Counted from the first letter of the whole stretch, positions 24,401 to 36,223 are shown. The stretch is DNA of 63,547 bases, filler included, from Klebsormidium nitens (GCA_000708835.1; 7 parts of 7 records of this genome joined end to end with filler, not necessarily neighbours in it), one strand, 5' to 3'. Notes: generated from the sequence alone by a model not told the origin. Numbers and translations: made by a program.

Positions 24401-25841
24401 GCCAATTTTTTATACGTCAAAATTCGCGTATTTCCCTTCGCCATAATGATACGCGTATCACGTATCGTGCAACTATGCCCTGACCTGTCCCCTTGCCTGG
24501 CTGTGCGCAGGTGGACGCGAGCGCAAGCGGCCCTCGCGCGGAGGAGTCGATGGCGGTGGTGAACAACGACATGCTGTGGCGCCACTTCGTGGAGCTGACC
24601 ACCAACTTCCTGGCGCCCTTCGGGCCCTACCTCCGCGGAGCAACGCCCTCGCAAGGTCAGCCGTACTGCATTTCGTTGTTGCCTCTACAGAAGCGAAGTG
24701 CTGGCGACGAAAGCAATGTGGTTGCATCGACTTCGTTGCTGTTGAATTGGGAAGAGACGGTGTACGTGGAGGCAGAGGAGAGAGCAACGGTTCCGTGTTT
24801 GCCACCTGTTGCATTGTCAGAAGGCAAGGCCGGCGTTTGCGTTGCCCTGCTTTGCTCTACGATTCAGGCTGCCTATGTTGCTTCACCCGAGATTATCGAG
24901 CATCCTTACGACAATTGTCCGGCTGACCCCAAACGCGGTAAAACTCACATTGTAGCTTGCGTCCGGTTTGCAGGCGCATCCCCGTTCGTGGAGCCTCCCC
25001 CGCTGCCGCAGTTCGACTCTGGCGTGTTTCTGCGCGGGCTGGCGGAGCGCGGCCCGGGCAAGTTTTTGTCGAAGCGGCTGAAGGCCAACTGGCACGACCT
25101 GTACCGCCGCTTCGTGGAGGGGCCCAACTTCCAGCCCTGGTTCCAGCGCCGCCGCGCAGCAGCGGAGCACGAACAGCACCGCGCCTGGAGGTGAGCCGCG
25201 GAGATTCTTACTATGGAACAAGTCTGTTTTACATGCAAGAGAGTATCGACAACACTAACAAGTGTTTTCTACTTTCCGTTGCTTTACCCACTCTACCGCA
25301 ACGCCTCCCCTGTCCATCGCCTTCACAGCAGATTCATTCCGAAATACGTTTCGGCGACTGTATTTTGCTTTGGTGCCCTGCCAGGGCGGCTCGGGCCAAG
25401 GCGGACGTGCGCGCATTCCTGGGCAGCATGTCGGAGGTGGAGATTGTGGACGCCTTCACCGCCGTCGAGAAGCAGCTGCTCCTGGAAGTGCACGCGCACT
25501 CCCGCTCGGGTGCGCGCGGGACGGCGCCCCCCGCTGCGGCCAAGCTGCGCGCAGACCTGCGTATCCTATACGACGCCCTGCCCCGCGACATGCAGCAGCT
25601 GCTCCTCTTCACGCCGCAACGTGCCGCGCTGCTGCAGGGGGGGCGCGAGCCAGCCAAGCTGCCGGGGCGGGTCTCGCTGTCGCGCGAGGACTCGACAGCG
25701 GGTTGGAGCGACACGCACTCAAATAGGAGCACAAGTACGGACATAGCGGGTGCTCGAGCTTCGCCTGTGTTTTCGGATGTGGGGAGCCCTCGCAGCTCGC
25801 GTTTGGGGTCAATACCTCCCCTTAACTTGGATCGAACGTGA
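21440..25841 (+). CDS. DENND6: DENND6 (FAM116)-like DENN-domain Rab GEF, 5 exons
   Basis: Exons 21440-22435, 22741-23520, 24511-24655, 24974-25190 and 25385-25841 are phase-consistent. Motifs include FRFDLEQGQLLEACYP, FSCFPDS, YGFVFNRQRQDERLRRGGEQKSVV, LWELLLIGEPLL, DFRPYFTIHDPDF, LLGVTNLFFLK, LRxHFVELTTNFLAPF and LYRRFVEGPNF. Confidence 0.9.
24084..24477. mobile_element. MITE of 394 bp, probably hAT-type, in DENND6 intron 2
   Basis: TIRs CATAGTTGCACAATACGT and ACGTATCGTGCAACTATG (17/18 match). An 8-bp TSD CCCTAACC / CCCTGACC has one mismatch. The interior is AT-rich and non-coding, with subterminal ATACGCGTAT motifs at both ends. Confidence 0.85.
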
Positions 25842-26304
25842 GGTACATAGGGTTACTTCAGAAAGTCTACTTGTGCAAACCAAACCGTCATTCAACCGTC
25901 ATTCATGATTGCTAGCCGACCGTGTATGTAAGTCCAGGTCCGTGTCCACCAGTTGTATACTTCAACTTGAGCGGATCTGGCGAAAGGGCGCATGATGCTC
26001 GCAAAAAGTTGGACTCAAGCGCTTGAAACGTTTATTGCACGGACTCCGGGATGACTGAGCAGAATAACACTGATGACATGCCATCATGAAGTGCAATGAG
26101 CAGAAGATACTGTCTGATTCAACGATCAGATTGATAGATCGGATGCATTTGTACGCATCATCGCAGCGGGGCCCGCGTTCAAGCCTTTCCCCAATAGTTC
26201 CTANNNNNNNNNNNNNNNNNNNNNNNNNNNNNNNNNNNNNNNNNNNNTTAATTAATTAANNNNNNNNNNNNNNNNNNNNNNNNNNNNNNNNNNNNNNNNN
26301 NNNT

Positions 26305-26848
26305 TTGAGCTCCCGCCTCTCACCTCCGAGTTTCTTCCCAGCTCGTTTGAGCTTCCCCGGCCCTTCTCTGAGCTCGAGTAGCCCCTATGCTTGGCGGCAT
26401 ACGCCACAGCCTCATCCCCACCCGAAGTCCCCTTCAAGGACCCCGCTTCAGCCCTCAACTTTAGCTTCTGCTCTCTCTGCATTAGCTTTGGCTGGATCTC
26501 ATCTAAGGTTAGCTCCTCCTCTCCGAGCTCCAAGAACTCCACAACAGTGGCATACTCCTCCGGCAAACCTTCGAAAGCGTGCACGGCCAGCTCACCCTCT
26601 GAGACGGTTTGTCCCGCCGCCTCTAAATCTATCTTGAGCTCCCGGAATTCCCCTAGGTACTCTGCAATGGCTTTCCCCTTGGTCACCCTTAGACCCGTCA
26701 GCTTCCTCCTGAGCTGAATCATGCGCGCATTGCTCCTCTTCTCAAAGATCTCCTCCAACTTCTTCCACGCTTTCTCCGCAGTGGGTTCACCCTCAATCAA
26801 CTTCACATAAGCATCTTCCGTGTGGATGAGCATCAGCCCCCTTGCTTG
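26305..26848 (-). mobile_element. Ty1/copia gag fragment (UBN2/Retrotran_gag_2-like)
   Basis: ORF TAEKAWKKLEEIF...ARMIQLRRKLTGL...IAEYLGEFRELKIDLEAAG...FEGLPEEYATVV...LTLDEIQPKLMQRE. It is cut by an LTR on one side and an assembly gap on the other. Confidence 0.85.
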
Positions 26849-27097
26849 GCTTACTAGCCTAAGTCACACACTACTAGGCTCACTAGCCTAGCTCACAGTC
26901 ACATTCAATCTTAGCCTTCGATATCCGCATCTACGGTTTACACTGACGGCCGCTCTCAACCGCCTAACCTCCAAACCGACTAACGGTTTAACCGTCGAAC
27001 CGCCGTACACGCACGCCGGCGCTCACTAGTTCAAACCCTAACTCGGGGCGAACCCTAATCACAGTAATTCGGCTGACTATAATCACCGAATTCTATT
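26849..27097. repeat. LTR family B, copy 1 (partial)
   Basis: Shares the block ctagcctaagtcacacactactaggctc...agccttcgatatcc...ctctcaaccgcctaacc...cactagttcaaaccctaa...aatcaccgaattcta with three other copies in the window. Confidence 0.8.
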
Positions 27098-27099
27098 AA

Positions 27100-28620
27100 A
27101 ACACCCCCGCCTATCCGGCTTACTACATTCTGGGCAATGTGACCGAACTCTCCGCAATTACAGCACTTAGGCCTTTTGCCTCGGCTCTCATCCTTGCCGT
27201 GGCCCTTCTTCTTGCTCACTTTCCGCTCGGCCACATAGGCTATAGCGGAGTCCGACCCACCGCCGCCCTTATCCTTAGGCGACTCCTCAAACCCCTGCTC
27301 ATGCATCAAAAGCTTTGGCAGAATCGCATCCACCGAGCTAATGGCGCTCTCTGAGGCCTCTAGGATCGTTCACAGGGTACTAAACGTCTTGGGCAATCCC
27401 GCAAGCACGCTCCATGCCAACTCATCCGGCGCATCTCAAAACTGGTGGCGCCAAGTCCCTATACAAATCCTTTGCCCGACCCACATACATGGCCACGGGC
27501 TCACCCGACTTCATCTTGAGAGAATGTGTTGAGATCGGGCTAAATCTGTGTACGTTGTGGTACTCGTCATCGCGTTATCATAGTGTTCGGCACTCATGCG
27601 CATCACATCGATGATAGCAGCCATGCATCATGAGAGGAGCACACGAAGCGCCTCACAGTCGGCAACCTTCTTCACCACAAACTTCTCTTCGAATCCTCAC
27701 TATTGTCTCACGAGTCTCTTTTTCCACTAGGCTCACTAGCTTACTAGGCTCACTAGCCTAAGTCACACACTACTAGGCTCGCTAGCTCAAGTGACTCTCA
27801 GCCTTCGATATCCTCATCTACGGCTCACGTTGACGGTCCTCTCAACCGCCTAACCTTCAAGGTATAACCGCCTAACCGCCTTGCACGCGTGCCGGCGCTC
27901 ACTAGTCCAACCCTAATTCGGGCCGAACCCTCATCACAGTTACTCGGCCGGCTATAATCACCGAATTCTAGCTGAATGCAACTCTTGCCTAGGTTGCATC
28001 TTCCTTGCATTGGTTTTGCTCTTGTAGGTCTTTCCAAGGAAATCCCACGCCTCCTTGGCGGTTCTGCACTCCTCAATCGACCCCAAATGGTGGTCTCCAA
28101 CCGTTAGCACGATGATGAACAACGCTTTTTTTCATTGAGCTGGGTGCGCTATGGGATCTTTAAGTTCATCCCATAGATTCTTGGAAATTAGCGAAACTTA
28201 ATCTTCGAAATCCACGTCTCGTTTTCCACATGATCCAACTTATCGATGTGGATCTTGTATCCGTCGGCCATTTCAAGGATTGCGTTCCCTTTCTCTCTTT
28301 CTCAAAACGAAATGTGGAGTTTTCTATTGAAAATTCCCTGCCACTAGATTCCCCTGACGGGCTTTCAAATGTCGTTTAGCTCAAAGAGCATCCACGATAA
28401 AGCAGACCGCCCGCCCCGATGCCTTCATTGACAAAAGAGAACCAGTGGCCGACCTTGGCGCACAGATTCAATGGTCACCCTCGTGGAGGCCTACTATTGA
28501 ATGCTTGCGCCTTCACTCCCTAGGCGCCGTGGTGCGCCGTCCGTGCGCCGTGGGCCCATAAGCTGTTGAAACACGGCGTTGTTGGGAATATATGATCGAA
28601 TGATCAAGTTCACACAATAC
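27100..28620 (-). mobile_element. Degenerate Ty1/copia element A1: 5' LTR end, half-tRNA-iMet PBS and gag remnant, interrupted by a solo LTR
   Basis: On the minus strand the LTR end ...GTGTTTCAACA (28564) abuts PBS GCTTATGGGCCCA (28563-28551). Gag remnants include TAKEAWDFLGKTYKSKTNARKMQPRQELHS | LKMKSGEPVAMYV...LAWSVLAGLP...VDAILPKLLMHEQ and the zinc knuckle CCNCGEFGHIA. Confidence 0.75.
27527..27973. mobile_element. Solo LTR (family B, copy 2) with 5-bp TSD inserted in copia gag
   Basis: It starts TGTTGAGA at 27527 and ends GAATTCTAGCT at 27973. GAATG flanks both sides (27522-27526 and 27974-27978). Removing it rejoins the gag frame RQELHS-LKMK. Confidence 0.8.
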
Positions 28621-29194
28621 ATATCAAGTGTTTGGAGTTTAGCGGCGCCAAAGCTATTTAGTCCGTGTGGTATGCTAGACTCCTTCAGGTAGAGTTACAT
28701 TCCTAGTCTAAATCTATACTGATAGCCTAGTAGGCTCAGAGATCGCGGGTAAGCATGTCCGAAAGTTTCGCGCAAATCTGAATATCTACGGCTGTTTTCA
28801 ACCTACTCATTACAGCGCTTATTTCAATAAGTCATTCAGATGAAACGCTGTAATTCGGGCGCATTTGACCGCCAATCGCTAGCTATCGATCATCGGTCGA
28901 ATTCCCGTCGACGTTACGCAAGGACAGCGCACACCAAATGCCCGAATTTCAAAGTTGTAAATCTGAGGCGCTCGACTCTGGGTATGGCGAGAACATTCTG
29001 GTCACCAAAACTTCTGCCCTCGTGCCCGTGCCTGGGCGCAGTATGGGCACGTGACTCTTGAAGAGAACTTTGTTCCTTGCCAAGGGCTCCGGTAGAAGTG
29101 AGTACAACGCCAAGCAAAGCAAGTCGTTTAAGCACTGCCTTCACACGAGGCTTTCGATCTAAAGCTTGAAGGGTCATCCGGAATTTGAGTTCCT

Positions 29195-32100
29195 TTGCAA
29201 AACGCTAAAGACGTCCAAAGCTTCTGTAAAGCCTCTGAACCAATTAGGTCGGGTCACGAAGCATCGTTTTCAAAGGCATCAGCAACTCCCCCTTCTTTTC
29301 AAACGGAGCCCATTGTGTTGAGTCATCAAAAAGAGTGGCTTTCTCCGCCCACTCCGAAAACGCTGCACTTCTTCGACCCGAAACTTGCCGTACACCTCAC
29401 TCCAAAGCTTCCACAGCAGCTCCAACAGAGCCTCTACGCACGTCCTATTTGCAAGTCGACTGCCCATCAAGCTGCCCTTTCCAACGGCCTCGTCTTTTAG
29501 CTTCGGTCCTCTCTCGGTGCTGCTTCTGTAACAGCAAGCTAAGCCGAAAGAGCTTCGAGAACGTCATTCTGCTCGACTATGGGAGGATCATTTTCGACCG
29601 GAAGATCATCCTGCAAACCTATACGGGCTTTTGCAAGGCGGCCTTTTCGCCTTTCCGCTAGTTGATTTGGAGAAAACCGGCTGTGCAGTCGTGTATTGCA
29701 ACAAGTTGATCTTGAGCCTCAAACTGACAGAGTGGATCCGGGATGCAGACACGAGGGGCTTTGCTCCCACCTCGAGCGTCCTGGTCCTGATGCGGCGCTG
29801 ACGTCAACAAGCTTCCAACGCCGGCGTTGATCTCTGGCGACTTCCGAGCGAGGACGACGTGGCGCTCGCGTACCGGGCAACGGAAGTGAGGAACTTTTTA
29901 GCCCGTCCTATGCTTTCGACGGGATCCATGTGCAATAATTCCTTCTGTCTGATTCCTTGAGGTTCTTTCCTCAACATAGCTTTGATATTTTGCGACTCGC
30001 ACATATTGCTTCTCCTCACATACTTCGACCTTCCTTACGGAATGACGTGGACCCAAGGCACTGACCATTGGATCTAGCTTCCCGTTTGAGTGATTCTGCG
30101 AAAGTGCCATTGGCCAATGGCCAAACCCTTTGAAGGATAGTTAGTCCACAAATCAAAGCGCGGCCCTGGACACTTTATGAGCGGCTATCGAAGGTTCATG
30201 ATCCGGGCTGTCTTGGCACCAGTCTTAGACATCTAGACGTCTGAAATGCTGACATTATCTTTTGAGTTCTATATTCTAGTACATCGAGCGAATTCCAGAA
30301 CGACAAAACGCCTTGACGCCAGTTAGATGCAAGTTCTAAACCATATCGTCCATGCTCTCTTTGTACAAAATTTGGAAACCGCAAAGTAACGTCGGTTGCA
30401 TTGGCTAACGTCATGCATTTTTGCGCAGGCCTTGTAGACCACAAGTCCGATTTCACGTGCGGCGTTGACGATTGCGCCAAAAGGACCTTCGGCTCGACGG
30501 AAGTGACAAAGAGCGTTCCGACCTTAGGAAGAGGTACGAGGTGGACACGTCCATGGAGCAGATAATTGACTGTTATATGTTCTGGCTGCATTCGGAATTG
30601 TCGGTTCTGTCCCCTCTAGTTCTCGGGCGGCGTGTGATTACACTTGATGCGAAAACGGTGAAGGAGTGGATTCGGGGTCTGGCCCCCTACCTGTGCCCCC
30701 GAAATCGCGTTGGCTCGGGTTCGTTGCTCCGTTTGCTTAAAGCAACGGCCTTACTCTTCCAAGGATCAAGTTTGTCTTTCACGGGAAATCCGTGTACCTG
30801 CTGATGTCACCATCAAGAATATCATATGGTCCTCATGCAAAAGGTAATTTGTGGCCCTTCGTAGCTTCGTTGGAAGTTTTTAGATTTGCAGCCGCAATCT
30901 AGTGCTAGAAAAAACTTGTACGACACTATTTGTGGCCCTTCGTAGCTTCGTTGGAAGTTTGTAGATTTGCAGCCGCAATCTAGTGCTAGAAAAAACTTGT
31001 ACGACACTTCACGTTTCTCTCTCTTTGCTCCTACTTGAGCTCTTTCTTATCGTACTCGGTTCAAGGAGTGCGTCGCTAAGGATCGCATCCAGACGCTTTC
31101 GTCAAACCTCTTTGATCGTGCACTTTGGTCGTGTTGGAAGGTTCTTTTGGTCGTTTTGAGAAGTCTGGTAGAATCTACCCGAAACAAAGCCTTTAAATGT
31201 TTTCGGAATGAACTAGTGGTCTCATGCAAGACTCTCGAAGCACAGCTCTTCGAAGACCTACTTGACGCCAGCTGTGATTCTTTTTACAGAGCGATTCTGC
31301 GTGCAAAGCGCCAAGACCGATCGAATGCCCAAAGGAGACCCGCGGGTTGGAGACTAGTAGGCCCTCGCGGAGCAGATGAAGGTGGACAAGGTCCAACTCG
31401 GCGACTTGAGCTCCCTTTCGACGGCAAAGCTCAAGCAGTACCACACCCTCGCATACGACGTCGCGGGATCCGGCAAAAAGGCGGATTACGTCAGCAGGCT
31501 TGACGCCTTGATCGCCCACGGCCAATCCCTTGAAGCCCAAGCCAAAGAGGAATGCGAGACGGCCCGTTTCAATTCATTTCGTGACCTCCGGGGATCACGT
31601 CGTACGTGGGCAAAGGCGTCTGCTCCTGCGGAGTCACGCACTTCTCGATGATCAGCGTCAATGATGATCATCAAGTGCGTACTGCGTTTGGTTTCATCAC
31701 GGGCTTCAGCTCTTCTGTTGCTTACGTCAAGATTCGATCCGTATGTGTCTACTAGTCCTTTCGTTTGAGAGTAATTTGAAACTTTTTCATATCCGGCTTT
31801 CTTTCCAACTGTCAGCTTTGTCCGTCTGAGAGCTCTGCTGGACAGAAAGCTCAAATCGAGTTGCTTTCAGAAGGCGTCATTGAAGGCTTATTTTATTGGC
31901 TAGATCCTCAAGCCTCGCTTTGTGAGAGGTTTCTGAAAGACTTTGAAAAATTCCTTCACGTTTATGCAAAGTTGAACTCCGCTCGTCGGTGCCGCTCCTT
32001 CCCGCTCTATCTGAAGCAAGAAGTTTGAACCAAACCAAAATTGGGCCCGGCTCACCAAGAACGCTCGACGACACCCAGTAACGCGGTCGACGCGCGGCCG

Positions 32101-32613
32101 CACGGCCGCTTTGCCGCTAAGCTGCGACTCAAAACTTTCCTTTTCGCCACGTGCCATATCTTTTGACCGAGCTTCATTCTGGCAGCACAAGTGAAGAGCC
32201 TCGTTCGCTTGTCAGGATGCGAACCAGACGAGAATCGCGTCATTCAAAACAGCTGATTCCGTTGAACTTCCGCCCATTGATTCCTCGCAGGTCGGGCCGT
32301 TGTAACGACGGAGAAGCATCAAAAGTATTCCACTTTCACGCTTTGTCATGTGCAGGACGCAAAAGATCTTTCTTTGAACCTGCGACGGGATCTGGACATC
32401 TTTGGCTACGACCACGTCTGCAAGTCGATGCAAAGTGCGCAAGCAGACCATCCGCTTGCGTTTTCGACACGTGGCAAGATTCCCCAGGAGATCAAAGACC
32501 CCAACCGCCTCACCCACCTGGAACACCTCGCCCCCGTTTTCCAAAAACCGACGGGTCAGCCAACGTTCCAAGCCCCTAGTCAGAGCGTTTCCTCAGTGGG
32601 GTCTCTTTGCTAG
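29195..32613 (+). mobile_element. Degenerate coding block with a SAP-like motif; possible KDZ (Kyakuja-Dileera-Zisupton) transposase remnant
   Basis: ORF 31376-31651 contains LSSLSTAKLKQY...GSGKKADYVSRLDALI, a SAP-like motif. ORF 32350-32613 contains DIFGYDHVCK, similar to the YDxxC motif of KDZ transposases. Frames are fragmented, and the family call is an inference. Confidence 0.35.
30847..31008. repeat. Near-perfect tandem duplication of an 81-bp unit (2 copies)
   Basis: atttgtggcccttcgtagcttcg...aaaaaacttgtacgacact occurs at 30847 and 30928 with one substitution. Confidence 0.9.
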
Positions 32614-33578
32614 AAACAACCCTTAAACGAGCCCCGAATTCACGTTGACGCCCTCCACGAGATCCTCTTGCACCATCTTCGCCAAGTTCTCGTATCCCAG
32701 GTACCCCAATCGTCGGTGCCACAGCTCGGCCGTTTACGGCTTTCTTAGGAGGAAGCATGCGTCCTCCCCCGGCGCGGCGCCCTCTCGCTTCATTTCCGAA
32801 AGCGGTCCCTCATGACCACTCTTGAAGATTGTGCGTTCTTTGCCCTGTCGACCACGTAGATTCCCTTCACTTCACAAGCTACAAGGACTACTCTCCCGAC
32901 AGCCGCAAGCTCGCACCTCTTTTCCTTGGACGATACCTGTTGCAACCTCGGTTGGCTTGCTCACCAAAACAAGTTTGCCCCCATTCTCAAAACATACATC
33001 ACGTTTTGCAAAGTGATGAGACTTTCTCCGTTCGGGACACACACCGCAACTCAACCGAGCCGCTCTCCTCCGCCCACAGAGTTCCCTTGTTCCCGAACAT
33101 GAATTCTCGGCCACTTCTCCCTGTCATGCCACTATGGATCAAATCCTCATAGGGCCGAGGCCGATGCTGAACAAGCCATGCTCTCTGGCAATGCAACATG
33201 GATCAAACAAACAATGAGGGATGTCTGCAACACGTGCATCTAACTTTTTCAAGCTTCTTCGTTGGTGCGTCGCCGCTCTTGCACGTCATATGCTCGTTGT
33301 GCAAGTACAAGAGCAGCCGTGTGCTGCTCAAGGTTCACCCAATGCTTCGGCACTAAATGATGACAGAAACACGTAATCACGGGCGCCATGGCGCCCACCG
33401 AGGCTCTGTCACCAGCAACTTACAAAAGGTTGCAAGTTGCAGTTCCAGAATGAGTTTGCAGCTGACGAAATTGGGCTTAAAATTGTCCGCTTATACGCCT
33501 ACACGCTCTGCGCTCGACTCGAACTCGACTTGAGCTTATCGAGCATGACACCCCGAACATGTCAAGGTCAAATACGCT

Positions 33579-34076
33579 TGTTGAAACGCATGGTGGAGGA
33601 TCGTAGTGTAGTCGAGTTACACGCCATCGGGTCTTGTCGTGTTGCCCGGCACTTATGCTCATCTCTCATTGATGGCAGCCATGCATCCTAAGAAGACCGC
33701 ACGAAGCGCCTCACAAGCGGCTTCCTTCTCCACAAACTTCTCTTGATATGAAATATCACATTAGTAGTTCTACCACCATAAGTCTTACAGGTCTCTCCCG
33801 TCTCACTAGGCTCATTAGCCTACTAGGCTTACCAGCCTAAGTCACACACTACTAGGCTCACTAGCCTAGTTCACAGCCACACTCAATCTTAGCCTTCGAT
33901 ATCCTCATTTACGGCTTACACGGACGGCCGCTCTCAACAACCTGACCTCCAAACCGCCTAACGGTTTGATCGTCCAACCGCCATACGCAAACATCGGGCC
34001 TCACTAGTTCAGCCCTAATTCGGGCCGAACCCTAATCACATAGTAATTCGGCTGACCACAATTAGCGAATTCAACA
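33579..34076. mobile_element. LTR family B, copy 3 (apparently full length, no TSD seen)
   Basis: Runs TGTTGAAA ... GAATTCAACA and shares both the gcagccatgcatc...gaagcgcctcaca block and the ctagcctaagtcacacac block with copy 2. Confidence 0.75.
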
Positions 34077-34221
34077 CTCCCACTCAGACGAATAACTTCA
34101 AGACTCTAACTCGTCACGCTCCTCTTGTGGGCTGTCTTCTTCGCCTTGGGCGTCACCCACCCTCTTCCCTGGTTGAATCCCTCGATGACCCCGTCCCGAC
34201 GTCAGCCTTCGACTCCACTTT

Positions 34222-34302
34222 TTGTTAAATATCATGGGCCGTACCACTGGGCTATCCTTGCGCAAGTGGTAGCCCAGTGGTACGGCCCATGATATTTAAC
34301 AA
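34222..34302. repeat. Near-perfect 81-bp palindrome (33-bp perfect arms)
   Basis: TTGTTAAATATCATGGGCCGTACCACTGGGCTA (34222-34254) is the exact reverse complement of 34270-34302. The centre CTTGCGCAAG is itself palindromic. Confidence 0.95.
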
Positions 34303-34316
34303 GGCTCTTGTCCTGG

Positions 34317-35645
34317 TTAGGTGTTGGGAGCTAGCCAATTCAACGAGCCGCTTGCCCGCATTACCCTTTCAATCACTTCAAAAGCCACTCTTTTGGAAGG
34401 TTTCCCTCCTCTCTGTTGCTCTGCCTTGAGCTCCCTCTTGTCCAATTTGCTACAGATCCGGGCAATGTGATCCAACTTTCGGCAATTGTAACACTTAGGC
34501 CCCTTGCCCCGGCTCTCATCCTTGCCGGGGCCTTTCTTCTTGTTCCCTTTCCAGAGAGGTAAATAAGCCATAGCGGAGTCCGACCCACCACCGTCCTCAT
34601 TCTTGGGTAAAACCTCTGCTCATGGATGAAAAGCTTTAGCAGAATCTCATCCACCGAGCTCAAGGTTCCCTCCGAAACTCTAAAGATTGTTCTTAAGGTA
34701 TAGAACGAGCTCGGCAATCCCGCAAGCACGCTCCAAGCTAGCTCCTCCGGCTTCAGCTCGAAATTGATGCCTGTCAATGTTTGCCCAAGCGACGAACTGT
34801 ACGTACATGGGCAAAGGCTCGCCCAACTTCATCTTAAGGGAATGCAAATCCTGCTCTTCAGGAGCTACACCTTTCTTGCATTGTTTTGTCTCTTTTAGGC
34901 CGTCAAGGAGATTCTAAACCTCCTTTGCGGTCTTGCACGCCTCAATGGTCCTCAGATGATGGTCCTCACGTTCAACCCGATTTCGTTGATTAAGATGCGT
35001 GACCTCGGGATCCATTACTCCGTTCCATGGATCCTTGGACGTTGATAAAATCCTTGATCCTTCAACTTCAATCAATGTAGTTGTCTACAACAAGCTTGTC
35101 TATGTGGACTTTGAACCTCTTTAGCCATTTGAGGGTTTGCCTTCCGTTTTCCTCTTTCTTAGACCTAAAGCTTTATGTCACGCTTTCCCTGCCACTAGAT
35201 GTCCCTCACAGGGCTTTTGAATGTCGCTTGCCTCGAAGAGCATCCGTGATAAAGTAGATGCCAATGCCCTCGTTGACAAGGCTGATTTGATTGTACCGCG
35301 TTGTACCGCGTTGTGTCGCGTTTCCTCATAAACATGCCTTCCTTTCTGCGGATTTCACGCGTTGCCTGCTCAATGGCCGTAGTACAGTGGAAAAAACGGC
35401 TTCTTTACAACGTCGTCGCAACAGGGAGAGCACCCTTGGCTGACCCTCCTCCCTAGCGCTATGGGCCCATAACCTGCCAAAAACACAGCGTTGTTGTTTG
35501 GAAGTGAAATTGAATCTACTACACAATGTAAATGGAGTGGGGCCTCCACACCGAGGAATTTCCACGAGGGAATTCAAAACTTCTTAACTCTCAAATCCAA
35601 AGTCCCAAATCCAAATTCCCTTTCGACTCAAAGGGGGTTCCTTGA
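34317..35645 (-). mobile_element. Degenerate Ty1/copia element A2 (same family as A1): LTR end, PBS and gag
   Basis: LTR end ...TTGGCA at 35475 is followed by PBS GGTTATGGGCCCA (35474-35462). Gag pieces are ELAWSVLAGLPSSFYTLRTIF...VDEILLKLFIHEQ and the knuckle CYNCRKLDHIARIC. The 5' leader is similar to that of A1. Confidence 0.8.
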
Positions 35646-35932
35646 TGTTAGAATCCGGTGATTATGGTCAGCCGGATTACTCCGTGATTAGGGTTCGGAC
35701 CGAGTTAGGGTTTGAACTAGTGAGCGCCGGCGTGCGTGCACAACGGTTAGGCGGTTAACCTTGGAGGTTAGGCGGTTGAGAGGGCCGCCGATATGGAGCC
35801 GTAGATGAGGATATCGATGGCTATGATTGAGTGTGAGTGTGATCTAGGCTAGTGAGCCTAGTAGTGTGTGACTTAGGCTGTGAGCCTAGTAGGCTAGTGA
35901 GCCAAGTGGAACGGAAGAGACCCGTAGACTTA
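35646..35932. repeat. LTR family B, copy 4 (inverted relative to copies 1-3, truncated by gap)
   Basis: Begins TGTTAGAATCCGGTGATTA and is the reverse complement of the shared block of the other copies. Confidence 0.8.
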
Positions 35933-36223
35933 NNNNNNNNNNNNNNNNNNNNNNNNNNNNNNNNNNNNNNNNNNNNTTAATTAATTAANNNNNNNNNNNN
36001 NNNNNNNNNNNNNNNNNNNNNNNNNNNNNNNNTGAGCCCCCCAGGAACAGTACTTGCGCCTCGATCTGGTTTCATGGTGCTGGCTCAGCTGCATTTAATT
36101 CAGCTTATAACCACTGTCTTCAGCGCAGCTGATCGCGCTAAAATAGGTATTGCATTAGTGGTCGCTCATTCAATCTGCTTTTTCTTCGCCTCGAAAGCTG
36201 TTTAATTGAGAGGTAGAGTCACC

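Noticed and set aside
26990-27065. Interstitial telomere array
   Set aside because: Only isolated AACCCTAA motifs occur within LTRs; there is no tandem telomeric tract.
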